The notes beneath the pieces were generated by a model. The model was not told the DNA's origin. It saw nothing but the letters and a program-made list of their open reading frames with translations, and did not search any database. From assembly GCA_032718475.1 (NCBI GenBank), contig JAUCBJ010007444.1, positions 1 through 51,606 on the forward strand: a stretch of 51,606 nucleotides of DNA. Reading direction: 5' to 3'. Shown here piece by piece: positions 36,151-49,500 of the stretch. The stretch's first letter is position 1. Every line of letters begins with the position of its first letter. Position numbers and translations under genes: made by a program. The stretch is from Nemertoderma westbladi (taxonomy: Eukaryota; Animalia; Xenacoelomorpha).

Positions 36151-37599
36151 CACCTTGAGGAACATCCTGCGCAATGTCTTGTGCTTGGAAGCCTTATGGA
36201 GTGAATAAGCATAGTGGTCAGGAGACGCATCTTAATTGACACTGGCCTTGAAGATGCGGATAATCTCGCGAAAGTCATGGGGGAGAGAGAGTTGTTGCAG
36301 AACAATATTGTTGACAAGCCTCATAGAAATATTTATGTTCAGTCATCATAGCATCTCAATTTTAGATCTCAATTCTGTATTTTAGGGATAGTTATAAAAT
36401 CCGAAAATAACGAAAAAGACGAAATTATTAACGAAAATATCGAAATTATAATACTTTAAATAAATTCTCACTTTCCAGTGAGATCGGTATTATTATAAGT
36501 CTCACTCTACATTTTTTTATTAATAAATTCAGATAATTTCGCCCCATTATCGACTCTAAAGGTAATTTAATACCAACTACTGTCTCTGAAGTTTGGTTGG
36601 CACTCTTTCGTAATTTATCCGCCATGTGATATCGGTATTAACCCGCCATTTTAAGATTTTTTTTGTGTTTTTATGGCGGGTAAATAACGAAAAATATTAA
36701 TTAATTTTATCATTTTGGCACGTATATGGCGGGTAAATAGCGGAACAATTAATTCATTAAATTTCTTAAAGTTTAGTTGAGAGAAAATTAGACAAAAAAC
36801 ATTTAAATTTATAATTTAACATCAAATAGAACAAATTTAACATCATCAATAATTTTAGGCGAATTAATACCGAAAACACTGCGCGGGTAAAAAGTGCCGA
36901 TTGGGTTTTTAGGTGTAATAAAATGATGACAAAACACCACAAGATGGCGCTCAAATTACAAAAAACCGTACCGTACCGTACGCCATAATGCGTGCAGTGT
37001 AGTGTTGGGGTAGGGACCGGCTCACCCGACCGGTCCCCCTAACTTTACCCCTTCAGGCTGTACCATGCTTGTAATACACTAGAACACTGATCTAATGATG
37101 CTGAATTGATTCATCCAAGACGCCATTGGTCAACACCTAAAAACCAATCAGCAGACAGTATTTGGTATTAAATTACGAAAATGGGGCGAAGTTATCGGAT
37201 TTTATTAGTTAAAAAATGTAGTCACTCATATAATAATAAATAATGGCTCATATTAGAATGGTGTTAGAATTTAAACTACCTTTGACTGAGCGAGACAACT
37301 TAACAAAGAGTGAAGTGTTTTCATGGTGTGGATGAGTGGTTGGCCACTATCCCGTGGCTGGTTATTAATGTGTTTGTTGTAGCTGGTTGAAAAGACAAAG
37401 TTATGCCGCATGGGATGACAAGCTTGATGACTGTGTTTGTCATTTAGTAAATGATTTATACAAGATGCTCCAGTGTGACGATCCTGTAAACGGACAATAG
37501 ACTGTTTCAAATTGTTGTAGATGCGAGTGACTTTGCTCGGGCGGTGTAGTCCTGGAGGATGGTGTTTGGTTAAAGTCGCAATGCATATCAATGTGTCAG

Positions 37600-37800
37600 A
37601 GCTTGATTCATTTCTGGATGGGCTGAATGCAGCAGTTAAAATCCGTCGACCTTTGTGATACATACTTTCAAATATGTTGTTAATTCGTGAGGTGAAACTC
37701 CCACCTTATGATATTGTTTTAGTTCCAGAAATTCCAGAAGAACTAGTTACGGTTGTTATTTCGTAGGCCCATGAACACACAGGTCATGCTGAAAAGAAAC
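37600..37800 (+). mobile_element. Degenerate LTR-retrotransposon integrase N-terminal remnant (Gypsy-like)
   Basis: Plus frame reads VPEIPEELVTVVIS*AHEHTGH, resembling the HHCC zinc-finger start. Confidence 0.35.
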
Positions 37801-37942
37801 CCAAAGGAAATTATTATATAACAAATACTGTTTGAAATACTTGATCTCATAATAAATAACTCAATACTATTTACTATTACAATAACAAATGTGGTATATA
37901 TATATAATATGTAGTAAATATAAGTAGTCCATATAAGACGCG

Positions 37943-39657
37943 TTGCGGCAGGAGGAGCGAGCGGCGAAGGCGAAAGAGTTATTCGAGAAGCGGATAGCGG
38001 AGTACAATAAGACCGCGGATAGACATCAAGAGGAGACTAGGAGAGTGACCGGATTTGTTCCACAGGCCGTATCTCAACCCCGACCGGTGTATTATTCCGA
38101 CGGCAACGAACCTGCGATAATAGTAGATCATCCGGAGTCGCGAGAAGCGATAAGATTCTTGCCGATGGTAAGGATGGCGGATCATTGGAACGTTGACTGT
38201 CTACGGGAAGTTTTATGCGCGAAGTTCTTGCGTGATGTCCCGATGCAGATCACGGATTATGACATATTGGACAAGATTGGAGCTCCGGGGAAGGAGAGCA
38301 AATTGTTTGGATGGTTGGATAAGTACATCAAAGTATGGGTCGCGGTGGCTACATTCCCAGACGACGAGGAGGTAGACCAGACGTGGCTGAGGAGGAAGGG
38401 TTCTTACACCCGATATGATGACCACAAGGCTATCGAGCGCATGTGGACCCCATCAGACAAGATTCAGCGTCAGTGGAGGAAAACGGAGGAATCACTGCAG
38501 GATTGGAGGGTGATGTTCTATGACAATGAAGGAGGGTCCCATCAGGAATGTTTGACTAGCAAGTGCATTCAAATTCGCGCAGCCGATGGTGTGACTCATG
38601 TGTTTATGCGCGTGAGGGCGGATCGAGAGAGACCGGAGCCTATCATAACGACACAATATCGGAAAGGGAAGGATCCTAGGGAGCAGATTTTGGAGGTATG
38701 CAGGCGAGGAGATATGCACGGAGCAGAGCGTATCGACGCCAGGATGCTACCCAAGAAGGTTAGAGAGGCTATTCTCAACCAAGATTACGTCAAGGTGGGA
38801 TCAGGAGTCCAGAGCGATTTGGAGAGTGACTTCAACGCCATGACTGATCTGGAAGATAGATTGCCGAGACCGTTTGTCGACACCAAGCTATTGTTGCTAT
38901 GGGCACAGGATATTGGAATTTATAGAGAGTATCCCAACTCTGCCAAGACTGGTATGGGCTTTATAGCACAATTGTTGTATAATTGGGACTTTAAGTTAAA
39001 GACGCAGAATAAATATGAGGAGGCGTATGGTGAATACAACACGCCACCGGGAGCGGAGTTTAAATCCCACTTCAAGCGGCAAGCGTTAGTGTATTGGAAC
39101 ATTTGCGCGCCACCCCGTGCGTCGCTACAATATTATTTGGTGCTTGAGTCGAACACGGTAACTTGTTTATTAGCGGATATCGTTGCGCGAGTTTTGAAGC
39201 GTCATCCATTGGTATTCGGAGGAGATCAATACGTTCGCTCGAAAGGGGGAATCCAATCCGACGTGATGAAGCGTTTCTTAACCCCGTTCTTTAACCAATC
39301 GTTGGAGAATACGTCGATGGTTAGGAGAGGATTAGCAATATTCGAAGGAGTATATCGACAGAACATCGGAGATTTGGGAGACCGACCGTCGATGGAATAT
39401 CCGACGCCAGAGGCCTTGGAGAAGTGGTTCGGGAATCAAACCCGCAGGTTTGGTACTCCCTTCCGCTCGGAGGCTGATAGACCCGTTAAGGAGGGTTGGC
39501 CGGAGACGTTAGTAGAGGTGTTCGGAGTAGATCTTCCGGTGGAGAAGACATATCCGAAACGAACGCGGAAGGAAATATTGGAGATAGAGGACAAGGGCGA
39601 GGATGTTTACTTTGTTCAGGATCGACAACCGCTGACCGGAGAGGACGACATCGTATT
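37943..39657 (+). CDS. Intronless ORF with a WRN/RNase D/EXD-like DEDDy 3'-5' exonuclease domain; 5' start missing, 3' end cut by LTR C
   Basis: ExoI MFYDNEG, CIQI, LPKKVREAILNQDYVKVGSGVQSD (ExoII), FVDT, KTGMGFIAQLL and YW...LQYYLVLE (ExoIII-like). The last ~62 codons of the 633-aa call are LTR-derived. Confidence 0.7.
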
Positions 39658-41129
39658 TGTAAAAGCTTCTGTGGGATATAACTGGCCCCTTTGCTTCGCA
39701 ATCCAGTTTCCCACCAGGCGCTGGAATACTCTAAAAGGTTCTCTAACTGTACATATATTCCCCTCGCCCGCAAGGTACCGTTACAGGTGTTTTAACGGAC
39801 ATAAAAGTCATTCGTCTATATACCTGCTTTGGCGGACATGGTAAGGCAAAAAACCCGTAATGCACCAAATACCTTTACACGGCTTGGCCTTGATGATTCA
39901 GATTGCGACATCTAGCAGCTGGTTGCTGGCATGGAAACAGCCATTGGACGCACGGTTCTTTGTTTGGTTTGAGCCAATCAGAGCGATTTTTTCTGTCGAC
40001 GTGTAGATATTCGGCCGATGATACTAGGAGTGTTCAGTCTTACTGTTTTTGTGATACTGTTGTGTTGTTGGTATCTAGGCCAGGAACACCGGCTCTATAA
40101 TCAATTCGTTTTCATACTTTAGAAGAAACATTAGTAGGCTCAAGATTATAGAGCGTATAACTGTTAGCAGTCCAGTCTATGTCATATATCACATATCATT
40201 ACTTGTCATATCATATCTTAACCTACCGTCTTAATGTTTTACTGTTGTCATATTTTGTATTAGTTGGTTGAATATTATTTGGAGAACATTTATAAAGAAC
40301 CCAAATTTCCCAATTTTCTTGATACACTACAGGTTAGAGAGACGGGTTATATATAGCGATTGCGACTTATATTATTGTGTATGTAGTGAATTTAATGCTA
40401 TTTGATAAGCACTACATTGGTCCGTTGCTGTTCTCTCTGTACACGGTTCCATTTACTTAGTATTCTGCAAACAAAAATGGCCATACGGATGATTTAGATC
40501 AGCAGAACTTCTGTGCAATATTATATATTTGGGGCCCCATTGGATCAGTTATTGCATTTAGTTGCCCCTATAGAAGACTACTTCGTCTTCTTAATGCTTT
40601 ATGACAGTATTATATCAGGCGCTGTTCCAATGTAACCCCCCTTGTGTAACTGTTATAATGTTGTGCAGTGCATACATATTACTTTATTGAGTTGGCCTGT
40701 AATCTATCCTAAGTGATTTCAGTGTAACTGCCAATGGGATTGCTTAGTGAGCAACCAGCTGGAGTGAATTGATTACCACATTGTTCTTTGTACATTTCTG
40801 CATATTTAAGGCAGTGTAGTTAATATCCCGGCAGTCACCTAGAGTCATTTACGGTAACGATATTATTAGGTGTTTACCCGTTTATACTGGGAGCACAAAT
40901 TCTTATGATTGTTATTCATATTATATTATTATAAGAATATACTATCTCTAATCTGAATTCTCTCTTTTATAATTTGTTAACAACCATGCATAAAATGGAA
41001 ACAGCGTTCCTGGGAGAGCTCCTATTCCTCACCGATAGATCCTTAGCCCCAATCTAGTTTCTGCTGCTAGCCGATCAACTCAATTCTTTCCCTTTCAAAA
41101 AACTCACGAACCTAACGCATTCGTGTACA
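39658..41129 (+). repeat. 5' LTR of element C (3' end inferred)
   Basis: Starts TGTAAAAGCTTCTGTGGGATA and shares long blocks with LTR A (e.g. CAGGCGCTGGAATACTCTAAAA, ATTTCCCAATTTTCTTGATACACTACAGGTTAGAGAGAC). The end is placed at CGTGTACA|ATAA by analogy with A. Confidence 0.75.
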
Positions 41130-41787
41130 ATAAGAATTTGTGTGCAGCGAATTGGTGCGTTCCATCTCGCCGAAAGAGTTGAAGTTTTGGAAGCAGACTA
41201 TCTGTTGGACTACGGATTTTCTAAAGGAGACATCGTATCTAAAGGTTGATCTTATCTATCTATTCACCGACTCTAGGATGATTAGAGAAATTTCTTTATC
41301 AGGCTAAGTACCCGTTATTTATTACTTCGTGACTGAATGAAATTCTAACAGGCTACTAAACTCGATTCAGAAGTTATTCTCGCTAACATTGCGTCATATG
41401 TTTTCCGGTCGTTAGGGACACATCGGGCAAACCGACGTTGTTTGTCCGCCGGTACTCTCGTATCTGTAAACGAGGGATTATAATCCCTAGCCTCACGAAA
41501 TAATTTTCGTTGTGTTAGTTACTTTTGGCTGTTTTTTTTAAGTTCTGCTGATCGTATTTTGGTACATTGGTTTAATGATTTCGGCCAATGATTTTATAAT
41601 TTGTTAATATTCTGTCATAATTTTTGCAAGACGACTCATACTGCCCGGTGCGAAAACCATTCATATCCGGTCGGTTGTTTTAAGACAATTTTTACCCTGA
41701 TCTTTCCGTATTATAAACGGAATTATTATACCGTTGTGTTAAATTTTTTAGGACTTTAGTATACTGCACGTTTATTCCTACAAGAAA

Positions 41788-44700
41788 ATGTCAAGTCTTA
41801 ATGTTGGTATAGGACCTGGATCCCCAAGGAGTGGAGTGTCTCTGGTTGGTGACCCGTTGCTGGTTGGCGCCCCCATCGCTGACCTCACTGCGGCAAGTCA
41901 TTCCGAGTTGGTGTCCGGCCACAAACCGTCCATTCCAGCACCAGCTGATATCACATTAAGTACAGCGGTCGCGTTGAAAAGGTCTCACTATCGGGGTGAG
42001 CCGTGTTATGATGAGGGCCCGCGGCATGCCCCCATTGGTTCAGCAAAGGGCCCCTTAACTCGCCTGAGGGGCAATGGTGCCCCCAGCTCAAACATGGTTG
42101 CTAGTGTGACAAGTGTGGGTACCATAAACCGAGGTTTGGGACAACTCTATCGCCACCTGGAATCGGAGTGTGAGGAGATCAACAAAGCACGGGTAAGTTC
42201 CACTGTTGACTCTGCCGTTTTATACACACTGACACAGAAACTCATTGCCAGGTTTGTCAAGATTAAGGATCGTGTAACACAATTAGAGCATTACTATGAG
42301 TGTAATGGAACCAGAGAGGACTATGAACAGGTAACTTCTAAGTTTAATTATTATAGAGACTTGTACCATAAAGCTATTGAGACTCCAGCTCATTCTGTAA
42401 GTATCCAGGTCACTCCCCCTAGAGAAGTAATTAAAGCTATTACCCACCCGCCCTCAGAGGTACAGAATCTGCAAAGGACATCCGGTGAAGTATTAAACTC
42501 TAATTATTATGGCCCGCCTGGGCCAGAACAGGTAGTTGGTGGCACCGCTAATTTAAACATCGATGCTTTAAATCCCAATAAGGTTAGTACTTACTCTGTG
42601 GGACATGGGGTCCCTAGGCAAAGACAGGTTAGTGTGGGGGGTGCATCACATTTGTCAGGTAGCTCCTCGAGCTCATCCAAAGTTCAGCGGCTCGCCGAAG
42701 CCAAATTAGCAGAACTAGAAAGCATCCAGGCTCAAGAGACCCTTAGGCGCCAGGAAATTGTTGACCGTGAACGCCATCGTATTCAAGTAGACCTTGAGGC
42801 TACACGAATTTCGGAGGCCGGCCAAGAAACTATCTTGAAAGCCACAAAAGCAGCTGAGAAGGCTAAGGAACAAGCAGATGAAGAAACTAGGAAGGCAGAA
42901 GCACAGGCCATCAAAGCTGTTGCTGAGGTCAAACGTGTAGCTGCGGCCAATGAACGTCTACAGGTACTTGAAAGTGCTGAGTTATGGTGTCGAGCGCAAA
43001 ATGTCAGGGACCAATGTAGTCTTCGCACCAGAATTTTGGAAGCTGAAGGCAGCGCCCCTGAAGGTGAGGAATTCGCCAGTGTAATGCATGTTGATTTGCC
43101 TCTAGTTGCAACCGGATATTCAGTGGCCCATCCAGAACCTGCAAGCACAAGTACCAGCCAGTTTGTTCCACAGGTACGACAGGTAGACAAACCCATATAT
43201 TCCAGTAACATAGGTGATAGCATATTTACTACACCGCAGCCTGAACATCAACCGTCTACTCGACCACATCGACTGAAATTTGACAATCATGTTCAGGCTG
43301 CTCGTACTCCTAGGTTTTTAGATAGACAAGTTAAAAGTAGTTCCACTCACACTTACACCCTCAGTCTAGGTAAATCTCCTGAAAATCATTATATTCCCCA
43401 ACCTAGTAAGGGCGACCTTCCTTGTGCCCAGGTGCTTTATAAAACATCAGATAGTGAGCATCTCCCACAAGATGAGCCAGGTTCCGTCATAGAACCCCCC
43501 AATTGGGAACCTCCCATAGAAAGGGCCCCTTACCAGTTATCTAAGGGACCGCTGACCCCACAGTTTTATGCAAGGCCAACCTACTTAGATCAGCATAACA
43601 ATAGTAGTGAGTCCCACAACCAATGCAGATCACAAAACAACACCGACCCAGTCATACACCACAAGGGGTACACTGATGGGAGTAGGCACCTTGACTCCAG
43701 GAGAACTGGAGGCCATCTGTCTGGTGATCCTGGTGGGGGGCCCAGTGATCCCGACAGTGATAATGACCGATCTACAGACCGGCGGGGCAGAGATGGACGC
43801 CAATCACGTCGTACCTCCCCTAGACATTATTCATATAATTCACCCAATATGGGAATGTTAGAGGTTTATGAGCGTTTAGCATTGGCTCTAGAAGCCCCAC
43901 GAGCTGACCCAACGCCATTTCTTGGGGATCCCAAGAAATTTGTGTCTTTTAAAAATCGCTTTATGGCTCAAGTGCATTCGAAAGATGTCACTGATGACAT
44001 CAAATTACGCCATTTGGTCACCTATGTTAAAGGTGAACCTCTGGACCTCATAGAGCATTTTGAGGGTATGACTAATGGATATCAGCTGGCATGGGAAACC
44101 CTAGAAAAGAACTATGGGAATCCGGCTTTAATAATTAAGGCTGTCATCGAGGATGTCACACGATGTCGCTTTCCCATAGAAACACCTAGTGATGTAAGGA
44201 GGTATGCCCATGATGTGCGACGCACTATGGATGTGCTATGGACTTTAAATTGCCCACAGTACGTCAACAACCCCGATTTTATTCAGCGAGTAGCTGTGAA
44301 CCTTAATGATAGGATGAGGTTACGGTGGGCGAGGAGAGTTACTAGGTTTAGACAGGACCGAGGAAGTGACCCAGGACTTAGACAGTTAGTGGCTTTCTTA
44401 GAAGAGGAATCTGACGTCCTAAACTGTCCTATGTATGGTAGGCCAGCTGCTGAATCTATTCTCAGAGAAAGGATGGGGGACAAATTCCATGGTTTTGGGA
44501 CAAAACCATTGCCATTAGCAGGTGACAAGTGTGACCGCCGGGCTGCTCGTGATGTTCATCACGTCCCGGAGACACCACGCTTCCCCTCAATCGACGGTAA
44601 ACAACGGCTTATGACGTCATTCCATGAGGAACATTGTGTAGTTCCTGAGGTTATGGAGGAACCATCCTTTTCAGAAGCTAGCGGTGTGGATACTGACAAC

Positions 44701-45167
44701 ATTGATAAATTTTCCTGTGAGGCTTATGCAGTAAATCCACAGCATTCCTGCCAAATGTGTAAGGAGAATCATGGTTTATTTAACTGTCAGCGGTTTCGTG
44801 AAATATCTCCGAGGGCAAGGTGGGAGTTTGTAGTTGAACATAAGCTATGTCTGAGATGTTTGAGACGTGGACATTGGCGTGATGGGTGCAAAGCCCAGTT
44901 CCGTTGCAAGGAGTGTCAGCGACCCCATTCCTCACTGCTGCACCCCGAAAATTTTGAAACAAAGGACACTGATGAGCGACTAAAAAACTTTTATGCGGCG
45001 AAACGAGACGATGCCTCTTCGAGACTAAAGGATTACTTACCAGATAAGGTAACACAGAGTAGGCCACCATATGGAATATATCAAAGAGTAACAGCTATGG
45101 CTACTGATATGATGGACCGCAGAGTCCAGGGGACAGATCAGACTGCTTTAGCTGCGGTATTCCTTAA
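41788..45167 (+). CDS. gag: BEL/Pao gag-pol of C, 5' part (Gag with three zinc knuckles)
   Basis: PFLGDP, KLRHL, LEKNYG; CQMCKENH..C, CLRCLRRGH..C, CKECQRPHSSLLH. Interrupted at TTAA 45164-45167. Confidence 0.93.
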
Positions 45168-46581
45168 CCCTATTACCACTGGGGTGTTTTGACCATTAGC
45201 ACCACTGGGGGGGGGCCGATTCGGCCCACCCACTATATTTTTGTAGTCGTCCAATGAAATCCTACAAAATTTGGGCTGTTGGTGAAACAACTATAGATGG
45301 ACACTACCAAACCTTAAAAAATTAAAATTTCATAAGCAGGGTCTCATAATTTTGATGAAAAATAAAAGTAGTCCCAGGACAAAATTACAAAATTTTTCGT
45401 TTTCTAAAAACTAATAGTGTGGCATTGTTGGCTAGATTTAGTAGGGTTTTCAAGACGCTGAATCGAATGTGATTATATTCCACTTCCAAAAATTGAAGTG
45501 GATGCTATTTTTCGTGCACCTAAGAAGTGGGCGTGGCACTTCAAATTTTGAAAAATTAGATATTCAGAAAATGCCCCTAATTTTTTTATTTCAACGCATC
45601 TTTATGGGTTTTCTGGGCCGCTGAATCGATTGAAAGTAATATAGAAGCCTGAAGACTGAGTGGTTCGCCATTTTTGGTGCACCAAAATTAGGGCGTGGCA
45701 CTTCAAATTTTGAAAAATACGAGATTTGGAAAATAAACCAAAATTAAAATTTTAACGAATTTATATAGGTTTTCCAGACCGCTGAATCGATTGAAAGTAA
45801 TATAGAAGCCTGAAGACTTAGAAGTTAGCCATTTTTTGAAATCAAAACTTTAGTGTTTTTTCCGAATAAAGTAATTTTGAAAATTTGAAGTGCCACGCCC
45901 TAATTTTGGTGCACCGAAAATTACGTACACAAAGGATTTGAGGCTTCTATATTACTTTCAATCGATTCAGCGCTCCAGAAAACCTATAAAATTAATTTGA
46001 AATCAAAACTTTAGTGAATTTTCCGAATCTCGTATTTTTCAAAATTTGAAGTGCCACGCCCTAATTTTGGTGCACCAAAAATGGCGAACCACTAAGTCTT
46101 CAGGCTTCTATATTACTTTCAATCGATTCAGCGCTCCAGAAAACCTATAAAAATGCTTTGCAAATCAAAACTTTAGTGTATTTTCCGAATCTCGTATTTT
46201 TCAAAATTTGAAGTGCCACGCCCTAATTTTGGTGCACCAAAAATGGCGAACCACTACACTTACATACTTGTATAGAACATTAGAGTGATCCAAACCAATA
46301 AAAATAAATAAAAATAGCCCAAACATAAATAATTACTAAATCACGAATGACTTTGTAAAATTCGAAAATTTCAAAAAATTTGGTGCTGGAGACCAAATTT
46401 TGAGGTGGCACCCACATCGAAAAGTAGAAATCCAATTGCAACGGCGTTTTTTGCAAAAGATGCGGCATTAAATTTGGCTAATTCTCACAAAAAATTGGGC
46501 CGGTACGTAATGTGGTTGCATAGTTACAGCAACTAAAAACTAGGAAGGGGCCGATTCGGCCCCCCCCCAGTGCTAATAGGG
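45168..46581. mobile_element. Non-autonomous piggyBac-like DNA transposon (1414 bp)
   Basis: TTAA duplicated (45164-45167 and 46582-46585); TIR CCCTATTA(C/G)CACTGGGG; subterminal GGGCCGATTCGGCCC at both ends; internal ~161-bp repeats; no transposase. Confidence 0.93.
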
Positions 46582-46585
46582 TTAA

Positions 46586-49500
46586 GGTACTCCCTCTAGC
46601 GGTTTCAAATGCCGCAACAGGGGCAGTACTGACTACATTTGTGCTGCTCGATGACGGTTCTACAGGTACGTTTTTGGACGCCCATGTAGCGAAGTGTTTA
46701 GACATGAACTTGCAGGCGCTAAATATTTCAATTAATACTGTACTTACTAAGGATGAAACCAGAACAGTTATGCAGAGTAACTGTCGAGTATCATCAGTAA
46801 TGCCAAACACCGACATGGTTCTGGCGCTAAATGATGTGGTGGTCATGGATGGACTAAGTTTGAGGTATTCTAGACCGGGGTCGTGGTCTCTAGAACAACT
46901 GTCTTATTTGAGGGACATAGACCTAGCATATCCAGAAGTGGATGTTGACAAGATTTCCATGATTGTTGGCTTAAATAATCCGTTGGTGCACAAAACACTT
47001 GAGGAGGTGTGGGGTCCAACAGATTACGACAAGTTGCACAATCCTCACGCAGTTAGAACACCTTTAGGTTGGACATTAGCAGGTCCCATTACATCAACTG
47101 TGGCAAACTCATGCTTGGGCTCGAATGAAAATTATAAGGCATCTGCTGATTCATCCCCTCGCATACGAAATGGCTCAGTAGCTCAACCTCTTGAATTATT
47201 AGGAGCATCAACTAATTTTGCTGACAATAAGGATAAAGTCTTTGTATATCATATAGACTGTTGTCCCTGGAGGGGAGACAACAGAATGGACGACGAAATA
47301 ACATCGGACTTGATGACTAAGTATTTTGACTCAGAAGCATTTTATTGTCCATCTAAAATGCAGACCAAATCAGTAGAGGATCGCAGGTGTGAGGAAATTT
47401 TAGACGCCACTACAACCTTTGTTAACGGACACTACTCTGTAGGTATGCTGTGGCGTGATGCTAACAAACCATTAATCAATAATAAACAACTTGCTATTTC
47501 CCGATTACGTTGGATTAAGCGAAAGTTAAAGGGTATGCCCGAGGAACATAAAAAGTACCAGGAAGCTCTACATGACTATGAAATAAAGGGTTATGCTCGT
47601 AGGTTATCAATGGAAGACAAATTAGCACCAGACGGACCAAGGAAATATTATGTCCCTACTCATCCTGTTTGGAATCCAAATAAGCCAGGTAAACTGCGCA
47701 TAGTTAACGATGCAGCCGCCACATATCGAGGTATGAGTTTAAATAGTGAACTTATGGAAGGACCTAACAATTATAACTCGATCCTGGATGTTCTACTTAG
47801 ATTCAGGGAACATAGGTTTGTATTTGCATGTGATGTAGCCGAGATGTTTCATCAGGTTAGGACTCCTCCGAGGGACTCTCAATCTCAGAATATCCTATGG
47901 TATGAAGGTGATGTTGAACCAGCCGATTTTAGTGGATATATTGTTTATCAGATGCTAGTTAGCATGTTCGGGGCCAAGGACTCTCCTTGTAGGGCCACCC
48001 ATGCATTACGTAAGACAGCGCTAGATAATGTAGCATTGTTTGACGACAAAATAATTAAAGCAATAATACATGACTTTTATGTAGACGACGGACTACATGG
48101 TGCAGAAACAATAGACGAGACTGTGAAAACCGCCCTCGGTATTATTGAATGCTTAAAGCTTGGTGTGTTCACGTTAACAAAGTTTTTGTCGAATTCGCGC
48201 GATGTGCTTAAATGTATTCCAGCCGATAGACGTGCTAAAGAAGCAATAGACCTCAATTTTGATGAATTACCTGCGACGCGCGCTCTGGGTGTCAAATGGA
48301 TGCCAGAGACGGACTACTTCACTTTTAAGATCTTTAATGAGAAGTGCACCCCCTCAAAGCGAGGCTGCGTGGCAGCAGTAGCATCTGTGTATGACCCATT
48401 AGGTCTTATAGCGCCAATATTACTCAAGGGTAAGCAATTTATACAAAAATTATGGAGTCAGAAACTGGCATGGGACACAAAACTAGACATTAAACTAGAC
48501 ACAGAGTGGAATGCTTGGTATGCGAATCTGCCAGTACTGGCGAAGTTAGAGATTCCGCGTTCATATTTTTATGGCCAAGTTAGAGACCCTACAGACATCT
48601 ACGAACTACATCACTTTTGTGACGCTAGTAAAGTTGGTTACGGTTGCATATCTTACATTAGACGAGTACAGAGATTGGGGGACATAACATGCGCCATGGT
48701 GCACGCTAAGACTCGGACGGCTCCAATCAAACAGGTTGATATCACAAGGTTAGAGTTGCAGTCAGCACTACTTCTAGTCCGTAGTCACAGACAGATAATT
48801 AATGCACTCACATTACCGTTTGATGCTATCTGGTTTTATTCAGACTCCAAAATAGTACTTTGCCAGATAGCGAACGAAGCGCGTAAGTTCGACACTTATG
48901 TAGCCAATCGTGTAGAAGAGATACATAGATTTACCATTCCAGAACAATGGAGGCATGCTCCCGGGAGTAAAAACCCTGCGGATATAGCTAGTAGAGGGGT
49001 AAGTCCAGACGACTTCGTTGAAATATATCAGGACTGTTGGTTCAAGGGACCACGTTTCCTCAGTCAACCAGTTGACCAATGGGAGGGCAGCATGCGTGGT
49101 GGGAACCCAATGGGTGGTATAGACATTCCTAAAGAATGTGAGTTAAAGCAAATTAATACTAAACAGACAAGGTCGAAAGTTGTGAGCGCAACCGACGTAC
49201 AGAAATGCATTCCAGATTTAATTGGGCGATTTCTGCAACACTACAGTGATGTCACCAAATTGTTTCGAGTTGTGTCATATTTTTTGATAAAAATACGCAG
49301 AATTCGACATAAACGATCAGGTAAGGTTAGCAACCTACCGGAATACAAACTTCGTAATGAATGCTTAGAGCAAGCTAAACTGAAAGTTTTGCTGCTGGTA
49401 CAGCATGACGCCTATGGAAAATATACCGACGACATACGGACAGGTAAGTTACACAGAGTACCTAGATCTTTAGCTGGATTGTGTCCATTCATTGCTGATG

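Noticed and set aside
36400-37050. Possible CACTA-like terminus (CACTACAC on minus near 37004) and GGGACCGG/CCGGTCCC hairpin
   Set aside because: No matching second end or TSD was found, so an element cannot be delimited.
39658-39844. C-terminal 62 aa of the 633-aa ORF
   Set aside because: Read-through into LTR C, not part of the original protein.
45168-46581. Insertion as a spliceosomal intron or programmed gag/pol separator
   Set aside because: Ends are CCC..GGG with a TTAA duplication and TIRs, not GT..AG.
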